Virus record (IMG/VR): IMGVR_UViG_3300032281_000616
Span: 96,001 to 160,000 of that record
DNA length: 64,000 bases
From: a virus
Lineage: Duplodnaviria; Caudoviricetes
Strand: one strand, 5' to 3'
The notes beneath the pieces are model-generated. The model was not told the DNA's origin and made no database searches. It saw only the letters and a list, made by a program, of their open reading frames with translations. Shown here in pieces: positions 1-10,279 of the stretch. The position numbers and the translations under genes are program-made. Numbering within the stretch: position 1 is the first letter of the stretch; every line of letters starts with the position of its first letter.

Positions 1-1
1 A

Positions 2-1336
2 TTTGAAAAATATATGGAGCATTATGATCTCCATAATAATGGTTGGCAATATTTTAGACAATTTTTAATTGAAGGGGAATTATATTTTGAACAGATTATT
101 CATGAGGATTATGTGAATGAAGGTGTGCTTGGGGTTATCAATATCCCTTCTGATTTGATCGATCCAGTTTATGGAAATATACAGAATATGTTGGTTAAAG
201 GATTTCTTTACCAAAAGCCTATTTTCGATAAAAATGATCCTAGAAAAGTAGAAAAATATGAACCAATTCCTTATGAGGAAAATCAAGTAGTTTATATCAA
301 TAACTCTTCATATAATGACACTAAGGAGTTTATTGTTCCATTTATTGAAAACGCTAGACGAGCATATCGTCAGTTATCCATGATGGAGGATGCTATTGTC
401 ATCCATAGAATGGTCCATGCTCCTTTACGATTTGTTTTTAACGTAGACGTTGGTAGATTACCTGTTCCACAAGCTGAAGCGTATCTTAGAAAACTACAAG
501 CTCAATATTGGTCCACCAAAACATTTGATGCCGATCAGGGAGATATTGTTAAGAAATATAGTCCTCAATCAACCCTAGATTCTTATTGGTTTGCTAAAAG
601 ACAAGGGACAGAACCTACAACTGTTCAAGAAATCGGTGGACAATCAGGTGATGATCAAATGGAAGGGTTGTATTTCTTCATCAAGAAACTTTATCGTTCT
701 TTGAAAACACCAACCTCTCGTTTAGATCCAGACGACTCGTTTCGAGATGGTGCAGACATTCTACGTGAAGAATTGAAATTTGCAAGGATGATCATGCGCC
801 AACAGCAAAAATTCGCCTCTGGTCTAAAAAGAGGATTCATCACGCATCTTAAACTACGTAAAATGTTTAAGGAGTATGATTTAACTGAGCAAAATATAAA
901 TGTTATTTTCAATCCTCCATCTAATTTCTATGAACTTAGAAATAACCAAAAGATGGAATTAAAGATCAACTCTTTCAGTAATATGATTTCTAGTGGAAAA
1001 ATAGCCACTGCTTTCGCTATGAAAAAGGCTCTTGGATTTACTGATAAAGAAATCTTAGCTAATAACGAATTTCTTCGTTTGCAAATGGCTCTGGAATGGG
1101 AATTGAATATGTTGTTAACGATGGGTCCAGACTTCAAGAATCAACTATTACAACAAGCCCAAGCTGGTGCTCCAGCCGAAGGTGGTAATATGGGTGGAGG
1201 AGCACCACCTATGGGTGGAGGTGGAATGCCACCAGATATGGGTGGAGGAATGGATATCGGTGGTGGTGAAGAACCACCCCCAAATGCGGGAAATCCACCA
1301 GAATTACCTATAGTTGGTGAAGAACCACAAGCTTAA
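2..1336 (+). CDS. gp20: Portal protein (T4 gp20-like), 5' part outside the window
   Basis: T4-type portal motifs (FRQFLIEGELYFEQI, ARRAYRQLSMMEDAIVIHRMVHAPLRFVFNVDVGRLP, YFFIKKLYRSLKTPTSRL, ILREELKF). Frame is open to the window edge. G/P/M-rich C-terminal tail. Confidence 0.93.
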   Translation, partial: FEKYMEHYDLHNNGWQYFRQFLIEGELYFEQIIHEDYVNEGVLGVINIPSDLIDPVYGNIQNMLVKGFLYQKPIFDKNDPRKVEKYEPIPYEENQVVYINNSSYNDTKEFIVPFIENARRAYRQLSMMEDAIVIHRMVHAPLRFVFNVDVGRLPVPQAEAYLRKLQAQYWSTKTFDADQGDIVKKYSPQSTLDSYWFAKRQGTEPTTVQEIGGQSGDDQMEGLYFFIKKLYRSLKTPTSRLDPDDSFRDGADILREELKFARMIMRQQQKFASGLKRGFITHLKLRKMFKEYDLTEQNINVIFNPPSNFYELRNNQKMELKINSFSNMISSGKIATAFAMKKALGFTDKEILANNEFLRLQMALEWELNMLLTMGPDFKNQLLQQAQAGAPAEGGNMGGGAPPMGGGGMPPDMGGGMDIGGGEEPPPNAGNPPELPIVGEEPQA

Positions 1337-1623
1337 TCACAGAAACTCACACAGTTAAACGCTGAACTATAATAATACCCAGTATAATTATTAGCTGTCA
1401 AATTAATTGTTGTGGATGGTGTATTACACTTATAAAAATAATTTTGAGATCCATTATTGGATGTTACAGACGCATATTGTGTTGATTGACCCCATAAAAT
1501 AAATTCATTTGCAGAATTTCGATAATACCCGGTTGAATTATTAGAACTGAGATTTGTTGTAGTTGAGGGAATTCCACAAGAAATCGCATAATATTGTGTT
1601 CCATTATTATCAGTCAGAGCCAT
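1333..1623 (-). CDS. Small Ser/Thr/Asn-rich protein with an internal ~30-aa repeat, probably a virion protein
   Basis: 96-aa ORF preceded by TAAATA-N5-ATG; two NNG..Y..C..PSTT.NL..NN.TGYY repeats. Confidence 0.7.
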   Translation of the reverse strand: MALTDNNGTQYYAISCGIPSTTTNLSSNNSTGYYRNSANEFILWGQSTQYASVTSNNGSQNYFYKCNTPSTTINLTANNYTGYYYSSAFNCVSFCD

Positions 1624-1651
1624 GAAAATATTTAATTGATTAAATAGTTTT

Positions 1652-2791
1652 ATGTCAGAATTGTGTAATGTTCAACCAATATCAGCCTTTATGAGCACAA
1701 ATCTATCGTCTAAGATAGAGTGTTTTCAAGCTTTGGGTGCTAGAATTTTGAGAATGTTGGGTCATCCAATGATCAATGTTGAACTTCACCCTGACCAATT
1801 ATACGATTCTATTAGCATGGCTTGTGAATTTTATACACAATATGCTGGGTATACAAAGGAGTATTTGATATTTGATAGCAATCTATATGATAAAAATAAA
1901 GGTCTTAGATTGGACCATCTTTTCACAGTCGCTAATACAGGATTTACTTTATCAGAAAAATTAAATGAGGTCAAAAAATCCAATCCAGATTATAATGTTA
2001 CCTTAAGAGAAAATTTATACATTCTCACATCAGCCATACCCAGTTCATATTTCGTGTCAAGTTCTACCTTAAGTTCTTCTATCCCATCTGATGGTTTACC
2101 AGCAATGCAGGTAATGGAGGAATCTACATATTCACAATTGACAGCATTTAATTCATCTTTAAGTTCATTATTCATTGTATCACCAAAAAAACCTTTCACG
2201 GTTCAATGTGAAGAAGTTGAAAATGTTGTAAAATATAACAACATGTTTGATTACGATGTTATGGATTATCGAAAAGTCATTGATGTAATTGATTTCGTGG
2301 AAGGAAGCTCTAGTGGTGTCAATACATTGTTTTCTATGGAACAAACAATGGCACAACAAACATACTATTCTTACGCTATGGGTAATTTCGGATTTGATTT
2401 ATTATCATGGCATACTGTAAAAGACTGGCAAGATACTAGAGAAAAACTCTTAGCTATAAAAAGAGATATACATTTCGATCCAAGAACACAATACTTGAGA
2501 CTTATGCCACAACCAAAATCAAATAGATTTTATGGAGTCTTGGAATGTTATGTTGAACGCCCACTGAAAGATATTGTAAAAGAAAAATGGGTTCTCGATT
2601 ATGCCACAGCATTGTCTAAAATTATGTGGGGTCGTATACTAACACACATAACAGGGGTGACTTTATTGGGTGGTGGGACTTTAAATGGTGAATCTGTTTT
2701 ACAAGAAGGTGTTTCTGAAAAACAAGCATTGGAAGAATTTCTCATTGAGGGTGGTCACACTAGCGCACCTCCGATGATGTTTGTTGGATAA
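1652..2791 (+). CDS. gp13: Neck protein (T4 gp13-like)
   Basis: LGHPMINVELHPDQLYDSI...EFY, WVLDYATALSKIMWGRIL, GVTLLGGGTLNG motifs; late promoter at 1641-1646. Confidence 0.85.
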   Translation: MSELCNVQPISAFMSTNLSSKIECFQALGARILRMLGHPMINVELHPDQLYDSISMACEFYTQYAGYTKEYLIFDSNLYDKNKGLRLDHLFTVANTGFTLSEKLNEVKKSNPDYNVTLRENLYILTSAIPSSYFVSSSTLSSSIPSDGLPAMQVMEESTYSQLTAFNSSLSSLFIVSPKKPFTVQCEEVENVVKYNNMFDYDVMDYRKVIDVIDFVEGSSSGVNTLFSMEQTMAQQTYYSYAMGNFGFDLLSWHTVKDWQDTREKLLAIKRDIHFDPRTQYLRLMPQPKSNRFYGVLECYVERPLKDIVKEKWVLDYATALSKIMWGRILTHITGVTLLGGGTLNGESVLQEGVSEKQALEEFLIEGGHTSAPPMMFVG

Positions 2792-2826
2792 TTGACAAAA
2801 TATTCCATTTGACTAAATAATCTCGA

Positions 2827-5493
2827 ATGAAATTATTTGGCGAAGAAGTTAACCATACTTCAACAAATTCTCCACTAAACATCATACAGGTTGAAAATTT
2901 TGAAGAAATTTTCTTTGGTGTTTTTGAGGTTGAACTAAATGAACAGAAATATCCACTAGAAAAAATCTCTGATTATAAGGGACATCCAGTGGTTCAAATT
3001 CCTATCATTGTTGAAGGAGAGGAAGTATTATATCCATTTGTCCTCATCAAAGGACAATCCGAGATTCTGTTCAACGAGTCAAATATTGAATTACCTATAG
3101 ACCACGAAGATTTTGTTTTGGAAACTGATAATATAGATGAAGATACACTATCTGAATCTAAACAGGAAATTTTGGAGCAAATAGAGAGAGCTAAAGAGGA
3201 AGCTAGAAAGGCTATAAAAAGAGCCAAGATCTTGGAAGCTAATGAACTTTCATCCGAATCCAAGAAAAACAATAAGCTTCTTAAAAATGTCTTAGAGAAA
3301 GCTAGAGAGAGTTTGGTCAGTGAATTTACTAATATTTCTGATAAACTGAAGGGTGAGATATTAAAGGAATATAGCAACAATTATTATGAACTAAAAGACG
3401 GGTTTGATAATAGAGCTTCTGATATTAAGGAAGATTTGAAGCTTGAATTAAAAAAGGACTTCAAAAATGCTTCATTGATTTTTGACACAAAAATCAAATC
3501 TCTCATCAAAAGGCTATACAACGAAAGCGTTTATCCGAAATTGGAAAAGGATTTAAATGAAATTGCCTTACAAATAGTCGAGAAAGTTTCTTCTATAGAA
3601 TCAAATTTGGAAGGAAAATTGGGAAGCAAAGCTGAAAAAACTTTAGTGGAAAGTGTTTCTAAAGAATTATCAGTTATTCAAAAGGCTAATATTGAACTCA
3701 ATGATAATATAAATAAAGGGGTAAACAAAGCACTCAGCCGTGCTGGCAATGTCAAAACTTTAGTTGAAAAAATTGATAAGGAAATCAATGAAAAAATTGA
3801 GAGTCAATTATCTGATATCGAAAAATATTTTGATGAACGAATCGTAAACATTCAAGAAAAAACATTCGATGTAACAGAGGAATCTAGAAAATATATTATT
3901 GATTTGGTCAATAAATCTAAAATGGATTTGTTGGAGGAAATCAAAAAAATTCCTAAAGAAAAACCAGTCGAATATATTTTAGAATCTAAGAAAAAAGATC
4001 CAGAAAAAGTCAATCTAGATAAACTCAAAAAGGAATATGATTCTATCATCCATAATAAATTCGAAAATTATAAAACAGATTTAAGAAAATATATCGCTGT
4101 TTATTCTGGTGGTGGTTCAGTCGCTCAACAATTTGCTGATGGTGGGATGATGAATGGAGACTTGACCGTAGTAGGAACAATATCAGCATCTAATTATTTG
4201 GGTATTACTGTTGGAGGTGGGGGTTCAGATGTATCCACATTATCAGGAAATTGGCAAAATACTTACACCACAGTTCAATCTAATAGTGCTTCTTGGATTA
4301 ATCCACCGATGGATTATCTACCATTGTCTGGTGGAACTGTCACAGGTGGTTTATCTGTAACTAATAATCTTACAGTAGATTCTAACACATTATTTGTTGA
4401 TAGTGTTAATAATAGAGTTGGTATAGGCACTATATCACCTACTGCTAGGCTTGATGTGTTATCCATTTCTGCCGCAACTAAGGGTTTAATTGTTCAGGGT
4501 GCAGCGTCCCAAACTGCGAATCTTGCTGAATTCAATTTTGATGCAACAACCTACTCACAGTTTAATAACCGAGGCGGGCTTTACATAAGAGACGATAAAA
4601 CTGAGGAATCAGTTTTGCTAACTTTGGATGGACCATTTGGAAGCACACTTTTCTATGGAACTCATTTTTCTATTCCTAACATTAATTTAAATAGTTCTCA
4701 AACACTGTATGTCGGCAGGGGTGGCGGTGGGCTAGCTGTGGGACCTTATGTTGGCAATATAACTTCGAAATTTGTAGTAAATGGGAACATGGTTGTCGGA
4801 ACAAGCTACACTCTTCTTACAGCACCTACAAATGGAGCTATTATACAGGGTAACGTAGGCATAGGAACTTCATCCCCATCAACTAGACTAGACGTTAATG
4901 GGACATTTAATGTATCGGGTAACACCACTTTGCTTGGAACTACTACAGCTACAGGTAAGATAACCGCTAATGGTCAAGGACTGTTAAGCGCATTATCACC
5001 TAATGATGTTCTGACAAAACAATTAGGAGACACAGCTTATGCAACATCTTATATTGGAGCATTATCCGCACAATTCGATTCAGATGTTAATACAACAACG
5101 TATAAAAACGTCCCTGATCTAACATTTGATCTTCCTGTAGGCACTTATTACATTGATTGTATTTTAATCCACAACGGCAACGCCTCTTACGCAACCTCTG
5201 GTGTTAAAGATCGTATTAACTTTACTGGCACCGCGACAGCCACAGGAACCACTTATAGAATCTTGGATAATGCTACAACGGCAGGTTCTGTTGTGAATGC
5301 TTTAGTATCAAGAAATGTATTAGTTGAATCAGCACCATCGAATAGATCACAAGTAACTTGGAGAAAGGGTAAACTGGTAGTTACGTCAGCGGGAACGATA
5401 TCAGTTCAAATCGCCCAAACAAATGCTGTTGCCGCTGCTAATACTACATTGGATATCGGGAGCTTTTTATCCATAACAAGATGCAATAACTAA
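2827..5493 (+). CDS. Large virion protein: long coiled coil followed by a fibre-like C-terminal region
   Basis: Residues ~100-420 are E/K/L heptad-rich; then a GGGGS linker and fibre-type repeats NRVGIGTISPTARLDV and NVGIGTSSPSTRLDVNG. Confidence 0.65.
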   Translation: MKLFGEEVNHTSTNSPLNIIQVENFEEIFFGVFEVELNEQKYPLEKISDYKGHPVVQIPIIVEGEEVLYPFVLIKGQSEILFNESNIELPIDHEDFVLETDNIDEDTLSESKQEILEQIERAKEEARKAIKRAKILEANELSSESKKNNKLLKNVLEKARESLVSEFTNISDKLKGEILKEYSNNYYELKDGFDNRASDIKEDLKLELKKDFKNASLIFDTKIKSLIKRLYNESVYPKLEKDLNEIALQIVEKVSSIESNLEGKLGSKAEKTLVESVSKELSVIQKANIELNDNINKGVNKALSRAGNVKTLVEKIDKEINEKIESQLSDIEKYFDERIVNIQEKTFDVTEESRKYIIDLVNKSKMDLLEEIKKIPKEKPVEYILESKKKDPEKVNLDKLKKEYDSIIHNKFENYKTDLRKYIAVYSGGGSVAQQFADGGMMNGDLTVVGTISASNYLGITVGGGGSDVSTLSGNWQNTYTTVQSNSASWINPPMDYLPLSGGTVTGGLSVTNNLTVDSNTLFVDSVNNRVGIGTISPTARLDVLSISAATKGLIVQGAASQTANLAEFNFDATTYSQFNNRGGLYIRDDKTEESVLLTLDGPFGSTLFYGTHFSIPNINLNSSQTLYVGRGGGGLAVGPYVGNITSKFVVNGNMVVGTSYTLLTAPTNGAIIQGNVGIGTSSPSTRLDVNGTFNVSGNTTLLGTTTATGKITANGQGLLSALSPNDVLTKQLGDTAYATSYIGALSAQFDSDVNTTTYKNVPDLTFDLPVGTYYIDCILIHNGNASYATSGVKDRINFTGTATATGTTYRILDNATTAGSVVNALVSRNVLVESAPSNRSQVTWRKGKLVVTSAGTISVQIAQTNAVAAANTTLDIGSFLSITRCNN

Positions 5494-5495
5494 TC

Positions 5496-5867
5496 ATGAT
5501 AACTATATTACCTGATAAAACCGAAACAGAAAAACGTCTTATTGAAATCAATGATCAATTAGAACTTCTTATCAACAATATCAAATCTGCTGCATTTAAT
5601 CTCAATAAAGCAATGGATATATTTTGGGAAACTGAAGACAATCTATTGATCGAGATGATGAACCAGAAAGGTCCTGTCGAAATGAATAATATATTCCAAA
5701 AACATGCAGAGACAGCCAATGGGATTAATTTTATTCTCAATCAAAGAGGAGTTGATTCCATTGCTTCAATAGGTATGAGAAAACCCGTTGTTTTGGGTGA
5801 GGATGGGTTATTTAAAATTGTATATCCTGAAGAAGAACATATTGTTTTACCAGAGGAGAACCCTTAA
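5496..5867 (+). CDS. Hypothetical protein, possibly a fibre-associated chaperone
   Basis: 123-aa ORF starting 2 nt after the fibre gene; function inferred from position only. Confidence 0.55.
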   Translation: MITILPDKTETEKRLIEINDQLELLINNIKSAAFNLNKAMDIFWETEDNLLIEMMNQKGPVEMNNIFQKHAETANGINFILNQRGVDSIASIGMRKPVVLGEDGLFKIVYPEEEHIVLPEENP

Positions 5868-5874
5868 TTAACGA

Positions 5875-6363
5875 ATGATAAATCCATCTCCAAGAAATTG
5901 TAAATTCAAACAAGGATATTTTCATCCAAAAAATGAGAGTAAATTAATCGGTCAAGATGTTCCGATGTATAGATCTGGTATTGAATTAGAATTCATGAGA
6001 TGGTTAGATTCGAATGATAATGTTCTAAGATGGAGTAGTGAGGGTGTAACTGTAAAATACTACGATCCTGTTAAAAGGAAAGATCGAACATATTTTACAG
6101 ATAATTATGTTGAAATCAGAGAAGGTGACAAGATTAAAAAATATCTGATAGAACTTAAGTCTGAAAGAGAAACTGTTAAACCAGATCCCCGATCCAAGAA
6201 GAAAAAATCAGCTTTATTGGTTGAACAATCAACTTGGGTAACAAACAACGCTAAGTGGAAATACGCTATAAAGTTCTGTGAAAAGAATGATATGGAGTTT
6301 TTATTGTTGGCTTATACTAAAAAGGATGGATTTTACCCTGTAAAATTAGATTTCTTAATTTAA
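5875..6363 (+). CDS. gp4: Head completion nuclease (T4 gp4-like, TnsA-type fold)
   Basis: QGYFHPKN, YRSGIELEFMRWLD, WSSE...Y.DPV...RTYFTD, YLIELK, NNAKW..A..FC motifs. Confidence 0.85.
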   Translation: MINPSPRNCKFKQGYFHPKNESKLIGQDVPMYRSGIELEFMRWLDSNDNVLRWSSEGVTVKYYDPVKRKDRTYFTDNYVEIREGDKIKKYLIELKSERETVKPDPRSKKKKSALLVEQSTWVTNNAKWKYAIKFCEKNDMEFLLLAYTKKDGFYPVKLDFLI

Positions 6364-6379
6364 ATGTGTAAATAATAGT

Positions 6380-7051
6380 ATGTTACGATTAAAATTGATG
6401 TATCCAGACCAAAACATCTTCGATGGTATGGAAATTGTAGAAGAACAAAACAAACTTGGAACAGGGAGCACTCTATATATTCAAGGACCATACACAGGTG
6501 TTGCGAAAAATAAAAACAAACGTGTATATCCTAAAGAAGAATTAGATAGAGATATTTCGAGATACATTAATGAAATGGTTAATACCAATAGATCGATGGG
6601 TGAATTGAATCACAGTAGCACCAGTGAGGTAAATCCAGAACGTGCCTGTCATATGGTAACTAAGTTATATGAAGACAATGGGACTTGGTATGGTAAATCT
6701 AAAATTTTATCAGGAGAAGGTTTACCAATTGGTAATTTGGTTAAAGGTTTGATTAATCAAGGTGTATCGCTTGGAGTTTCTACTAGATCTTTGGGAACCT
6801 TAGAAGAGTCAACCGATCATAATATCGTCAGGAATTTACATATTGTTGCTTGGGATATGGTAGCCGACCCAAGTTTCCCAACAGCATTTGTTAACGGAAT
6901 TTTGGAATCTCGTGAGTTTGTTATCGGCGATAATGGAAAATATGAAGAATTTTATTCTCGATTTGATAAGGGTATCTCAAAAATTCCAAGAAAAGATGCT
7001 GATTCTTATCTACGTGAACAAGTTATAAAATTTATCAACTCTCTTAATTAA
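6380..7051 (+). CDS. gp21: Prohead protease (T4 gp21-like)
   Basis: KNKNKRVYP, GELNH, GVSTRSLGTL, WDMVADPSFPTAF motifs. Confidence 0.92.
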   Translation: MLRLKLMYPDQNIFDGMEIVEEQNKLGTGSTLYIQGPYTGVAKNKNKRVYPKEELDRDISRYINEMVNTNRSMGELNHSSTSEVNPERACHMVTKLYEDNGTWYGKSKILSGEGLPIGNLVKGLINQGVSLGVSTRSLGTLEESTDHNIVRNLHIVAWDMVADPSFPTAFVNGILESREFVIGDNGKYEEFYSRFDKGISKIPRKDADSYLREQVIKFINSLN

Positions 7052-7059
7052 ATACTATT

Positions 7060-7680
7060 ATGAGCAATTCTAAGAAAAAAGAACAACCCAAGTGGCTTAG
7101 ACATCCTAAATCTCAACAAGAGAAAAAGGAGTTTGGTAAAGCCAAGGAAGAGGGTGTCCCAGTAAGAGGAAAACGCAAACCAGCTAATTTAGGAAATTTG
7201 TATGACGATAAAGAAATTGGTAGCAATATCAAAAAACAAAATAAATCCAAAAAGCCTTCCAGAGATACTATTCGAAAAGGAGAAGAAGACGAACAATCAC
7301 TTTCTAAACAAATGAAGAAATCAGGAAAGGTCACATTCAAAGGACCCAACGTGAAGGATCGTAAAAAATTCGCTCCAGCGACTAAAGTAGAAACACCCAA
7401 AAAAGGTAAAGGTTCTTATAATAGAAAAAACAAGAATGATGAAGATGAAGAATCTAAATCCTGTTGGAAGGGTTACGTGAAAAAAGGAATGAAAAAGAAA
7501 GGTGATAGAAAAGTCCCTAACTGTGTAAAGGAGTCCTATGAGGAAAACGCAACTATACATAGATTTGTTAATTCCGTTCTTTCTAAAAATTATTCTAAAG
7601 CTGATGACTATCTTAAAAGGATAGTAGAACAAAAACTAGCTAAAAAAATTAAAGCTGAGTTAAATACACCATTATTTTAA
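7060..7680 (+). CDS. Lys-rich prohead-core-associated protein
   Basis: Lies between gp21 and gp22; CWKGY...VPNCV motif; helical C-terminus; late promoter at 7049-7054. Confidence 0.6.
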   Translation: MSNSKKKEQPKWLRHPKSQQEKKEFGKAKEEGVPVRGKRKPANLGNLYDDKEIGSNIKKQNKSKKPSRDTIRKGEEDEQSLSKQMKKSGKVTFKGPNVKDRKKFAPATKVETPKKGKGSYNRKNKNDEDEESKSCWKGYVKKGMKKKGDRKVPNCVKESYEENATIHRFVNSVLSKNYSKADDYLKRIVEQKLAKKIKAELNTPLF

Positions 7681-7701
7681 TACAAAAGACTAAATATATC
7701 T

Positions 7702-8598
7702 ATGAGCCTTAAAAATCTGTTTTCAGAAGATGTTCAAAAGATTCTAACCGAAGAATCTTTGAATGCCATTCAAGAAGCTTTTGATTCCAAAGTTGAACTT
7801 GCAGTAGAAGCTGCATTGATCGAACAGGATGATCAATATGCTGATAAACTAAAATCACTTATCACTGTGCTTGATAAAGATCGCACTAAGAAAATGAAGC
7901 GTCTGGTTGAAGCCGTTGATAAGAACAATGCATCTAAACTCGTTAAGGTAGTTAAACTTTATGAGCGTAAGATCAATAAGGACTTAGATAAAGGTGCTAA
8001 AAATTTCAAAAAACAAATCGTTGAAACTGTTGGACAATTCATTGACGCATACATCGCTGAAGCAGTCGATGCTCAAGATATTGCCCAAGCTGTTAAAAAC
8101 AAATCCGCTTATAATGTTCTTGAGAACATGAGAGCAGTTCTGGGTGTTGATGTTGCTATGGTCAATAATTCTATTAAAGGTGCTGTTCTAGATGGTAAAA
8201 ATAGAATCGATAAGTTAGAAGAAGAAAACAACTCACTCAAAGGTAAACTTAATAAGTTAACCGAATCTTATGAAAAGGTTCAGGTTAAGTCTCTTCTAGA
8301 AGAGAAAACTGCTAAACTACCAGAAACCAAAAAGAACTTTATCCGTAAAGCTCTAGATGGTAAATCTGTTAAGTTTATTAATGAAAACTTTGATTATACG
8401 CTTCGTCTATTTGAGAAACAAGAGAAAGAAAAACTTGTAACTCTTAAAGAAGAAGCAATCAATAATCGGTCTGTCAAGCCCGATGTGGTTCCTAGACAAA
8501 AAATTGTAGAAGAATCACTAAATAATAATGATGATAGCCATGGTGACATGTATATCTCAGAGCTTTCCAAAACTTGGGGGACCAAAAAAGTATCCTAA
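7702..8598 (+). CDS. gp22: Prohead core scaffold (T4 gp22-like)
   Basis: Acidic coiled-coil protein directly upstream of the major capsid gene; late promoter at 7691-7696. Confidence 0.8.
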   Translation: MSLKNLFSEDVQKILTEESLNAIQEAFDSKVELAVEAALIEQDDQYADKLKSLITVLDKDRTKKMKRLVEAVDKNNASKLVKVVKLYERKINKDLDKGAKNFKKQIVETVGQFIDAYIAEAVDAQDIAQAVKNKSAYNVLENMRAVLGVDVAMVNNSIKGAVLDGKNRIDKLEEENNSLKGKLNKLTESYEKVQVKSLLEEKTAKLPETKKNFIRKALDGKSVKFINENFDYTLRLFEKQEKEKLVTLKEEAINNRSVKPDVVPRQKIVEESLNNNDDSHGDMYISELSKTWGTKKVS

Positions 8599-8666
8599 GT
8601 CTAAAAATCTCACAACGCTTATGAGGTCACAATGACCTGAACAAATATAGAAAGAAATAAAATTAT

Positions 8667-10142
8667 ATGAAAGAAATTCCACAAACTGGTAATGAAAGCA
8701 AAATTCAAGGGCTTGTTAGAAAATGGGCTAAGGTTCTAGATTACGAAAGTAATTCTATCCCAGCCATTCAAAACGAGCATGTCTATAAGACAACTGCGAT
8801 GCTATTAGAAAACCAAGAAAGATGGTGTATCGAAGAAGCTGGAAACTCTTCTGCTGGTATTTTCGGAGCTACTGCTGGGGCCAATGCAACACAAGGTCTT
8901 GTCAAAGCTGACGGATATGCTACTGGAGACTCCCGCCTTCCTAAGATTCTCATTCCTATGATTCGTCGTACTTTCCCTGAACTTATCTCCAACGAGATTT
9001 GCGGTGTTCAACCTATGGGTGGTCCGGTTGGTCTAGCTTTCGCTCTGCGTTATGCATATCAATCAAACTTCCTAAATGAAACCGATCACGTTGGTCAAAC
9101 AAGTGTTGGAACTCGTGGCACAAACCCAGGTCTTGGATATGGTGGAAACGGTCCTACAAGTCCGTCTCTATCCACTGTCCCGTCCTCGGAACTTGGCTAT
9201 CAACTTCTTGATACTCGTTTTACTGGTGTTAGCTCTGCTGCCTTAAGTGGTCACGCAGAATGGGGCTTCAGTCTACAAGATACAGGTGTCGCACAACTAC
9301 TCGAAAACTACGAGAACACTGGTCGTATTCCACAAATCGAAATGAAGTTTGAAAAAACCTCAGTCGAAGCTGGAACTCGCAGACTTGCTACCCGTTGGTC
9401 TATCGAACTTGAACAAGATATCAAAAATATGCAAGGCATCGACATCGATGGCGAGCTTACTAATGCTATGTCTTATGAAATTCAAGCCGAAATCGACCGT
9501 GAAGTTGTTATGCGTATGATCCAAGCCGCGTTTAACGCTGGTTATGGTGCTGGTATCTCCATCTGGAGTCCAGTAAGTGCTGATGGTCGTTGGACTGCTG
9601 AACGTAATCTTACATTCTATCAACGTCTTGTAATCGAAGCTGGTCGTATGGCTGCTCGTAACCGTAGAGGTGCCGCTAACTTTGTTATCGCTACTCCTCG
9701 CGTTTGCAGTATCCTCGAAATGCTTCCTGACTTCAAGGTATACGAAATCAATGGCACAGTTTCTACTGCTGGTGTTGGTATCGCTAAAGTTGGTACTGTT
9801 GGATCTCGTTTCACCGTTTATCGTGACACTCGTACCGAGACACAGAACTCAACTCTATACGGAGACAATGGATATCGTCCAACTCGCACTGATGCAGTCG
9901 AGTATTGCTTGATGGGTTATAAAGGTTCTGAGTATTATGATACGGGAATAATCTATTGTCCATATATTCCAATCATGGTTCAAAGAGCTATCGATCCTGT
10001 TAACTTCACACCTCGCGTTGGTCTAATGACCCGTTACGGTATCGTTAACAACATCTTCGGTGCAAATCTTTATTACCATATTATTGTAGTCAAGGGACTA
10101 GGCGTTGCGTTTACACCCGGAAGTACTAGCGTGTATTTGTAA
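8667..10142 (+). CDS. gp23: Major capsid protein (T4 gp23-like)
   Basis: LIPMIRRTFPELISNEICGVQPMGGPVGLAFALR, WSIELEQDIKNMQGID, YEIQAEIDREVV, YCPYIP, FTPRVGLMTRYG. Confidence 0.97.
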   Translation: MKEIPQTGNESKIQGLVRKWAKVLDYESNSIPAIQNEHVYKTTAMLLENQERWCIEEAGNSSAGIFGATAGANATQGLVKADGYATGDSRLPKILIPMIRRTFPELISNEICGVQPMGGPVGLAFALRYAYQSNFLNETDHVGQTSVGTRGTNPGLGYGGNGPTSPSLSTVPSSELGYQLLDTRFTGVSSAALSGHAEWGFSLQDTGVAQLLENYENTGRIPQIEMKFEKTSVEAGTRRLATRWSIELEQDIKNMQGIDIDGELTNAMSYEIQAEIDREVVMRMIQAAFNAGYGAGISIWSPVSADGRWTAERNLTFYQRLVIEAGRMAARNRRGAANFVIATPRVCSILEMLPDFKVYEINGTVSTAGVGIAKVGTVGSRFTVYRDTRTETQNSTLYGDNGYRPTRTDAVEYCLMGYKGSEYYDTGIIYCPYIPIMVQRAIDPVNFTPRVGLMTRYGIVNNIFGANLYYHIIVVKGLGVAFTPGSTSVYL

Positions 10143-10191
10143 GTCATTACAAATCAACTAGTTACAGCCTAGTAACAATACGAATCAAATT

Positions 10192-10226
10192 GAAACCAGA
10201 GGAACCGAAGATCCTCTGGTTTCTTC
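10192..10226 (+). terminator. Intrinsic terminator after the capsid gene
   Basis: 12-bp stem GAAACCAGAGGA/TCCTCTGGTTTC, 8-nt loop, followed by TTC. Confidence 0.7.
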
Positions 10227-10279
10227 GTGTCTGGAACGATATTTGTTGACATTTTAGGAGCATATGGTTAAATACTCTT

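Noticed and set aside
1170-1336. GGT/GGA-rich repeat at the end of the portal gene
   Set aside because: Low-complexity Gly/Pro/Met protein tail, a coding feature rather than a DNA element
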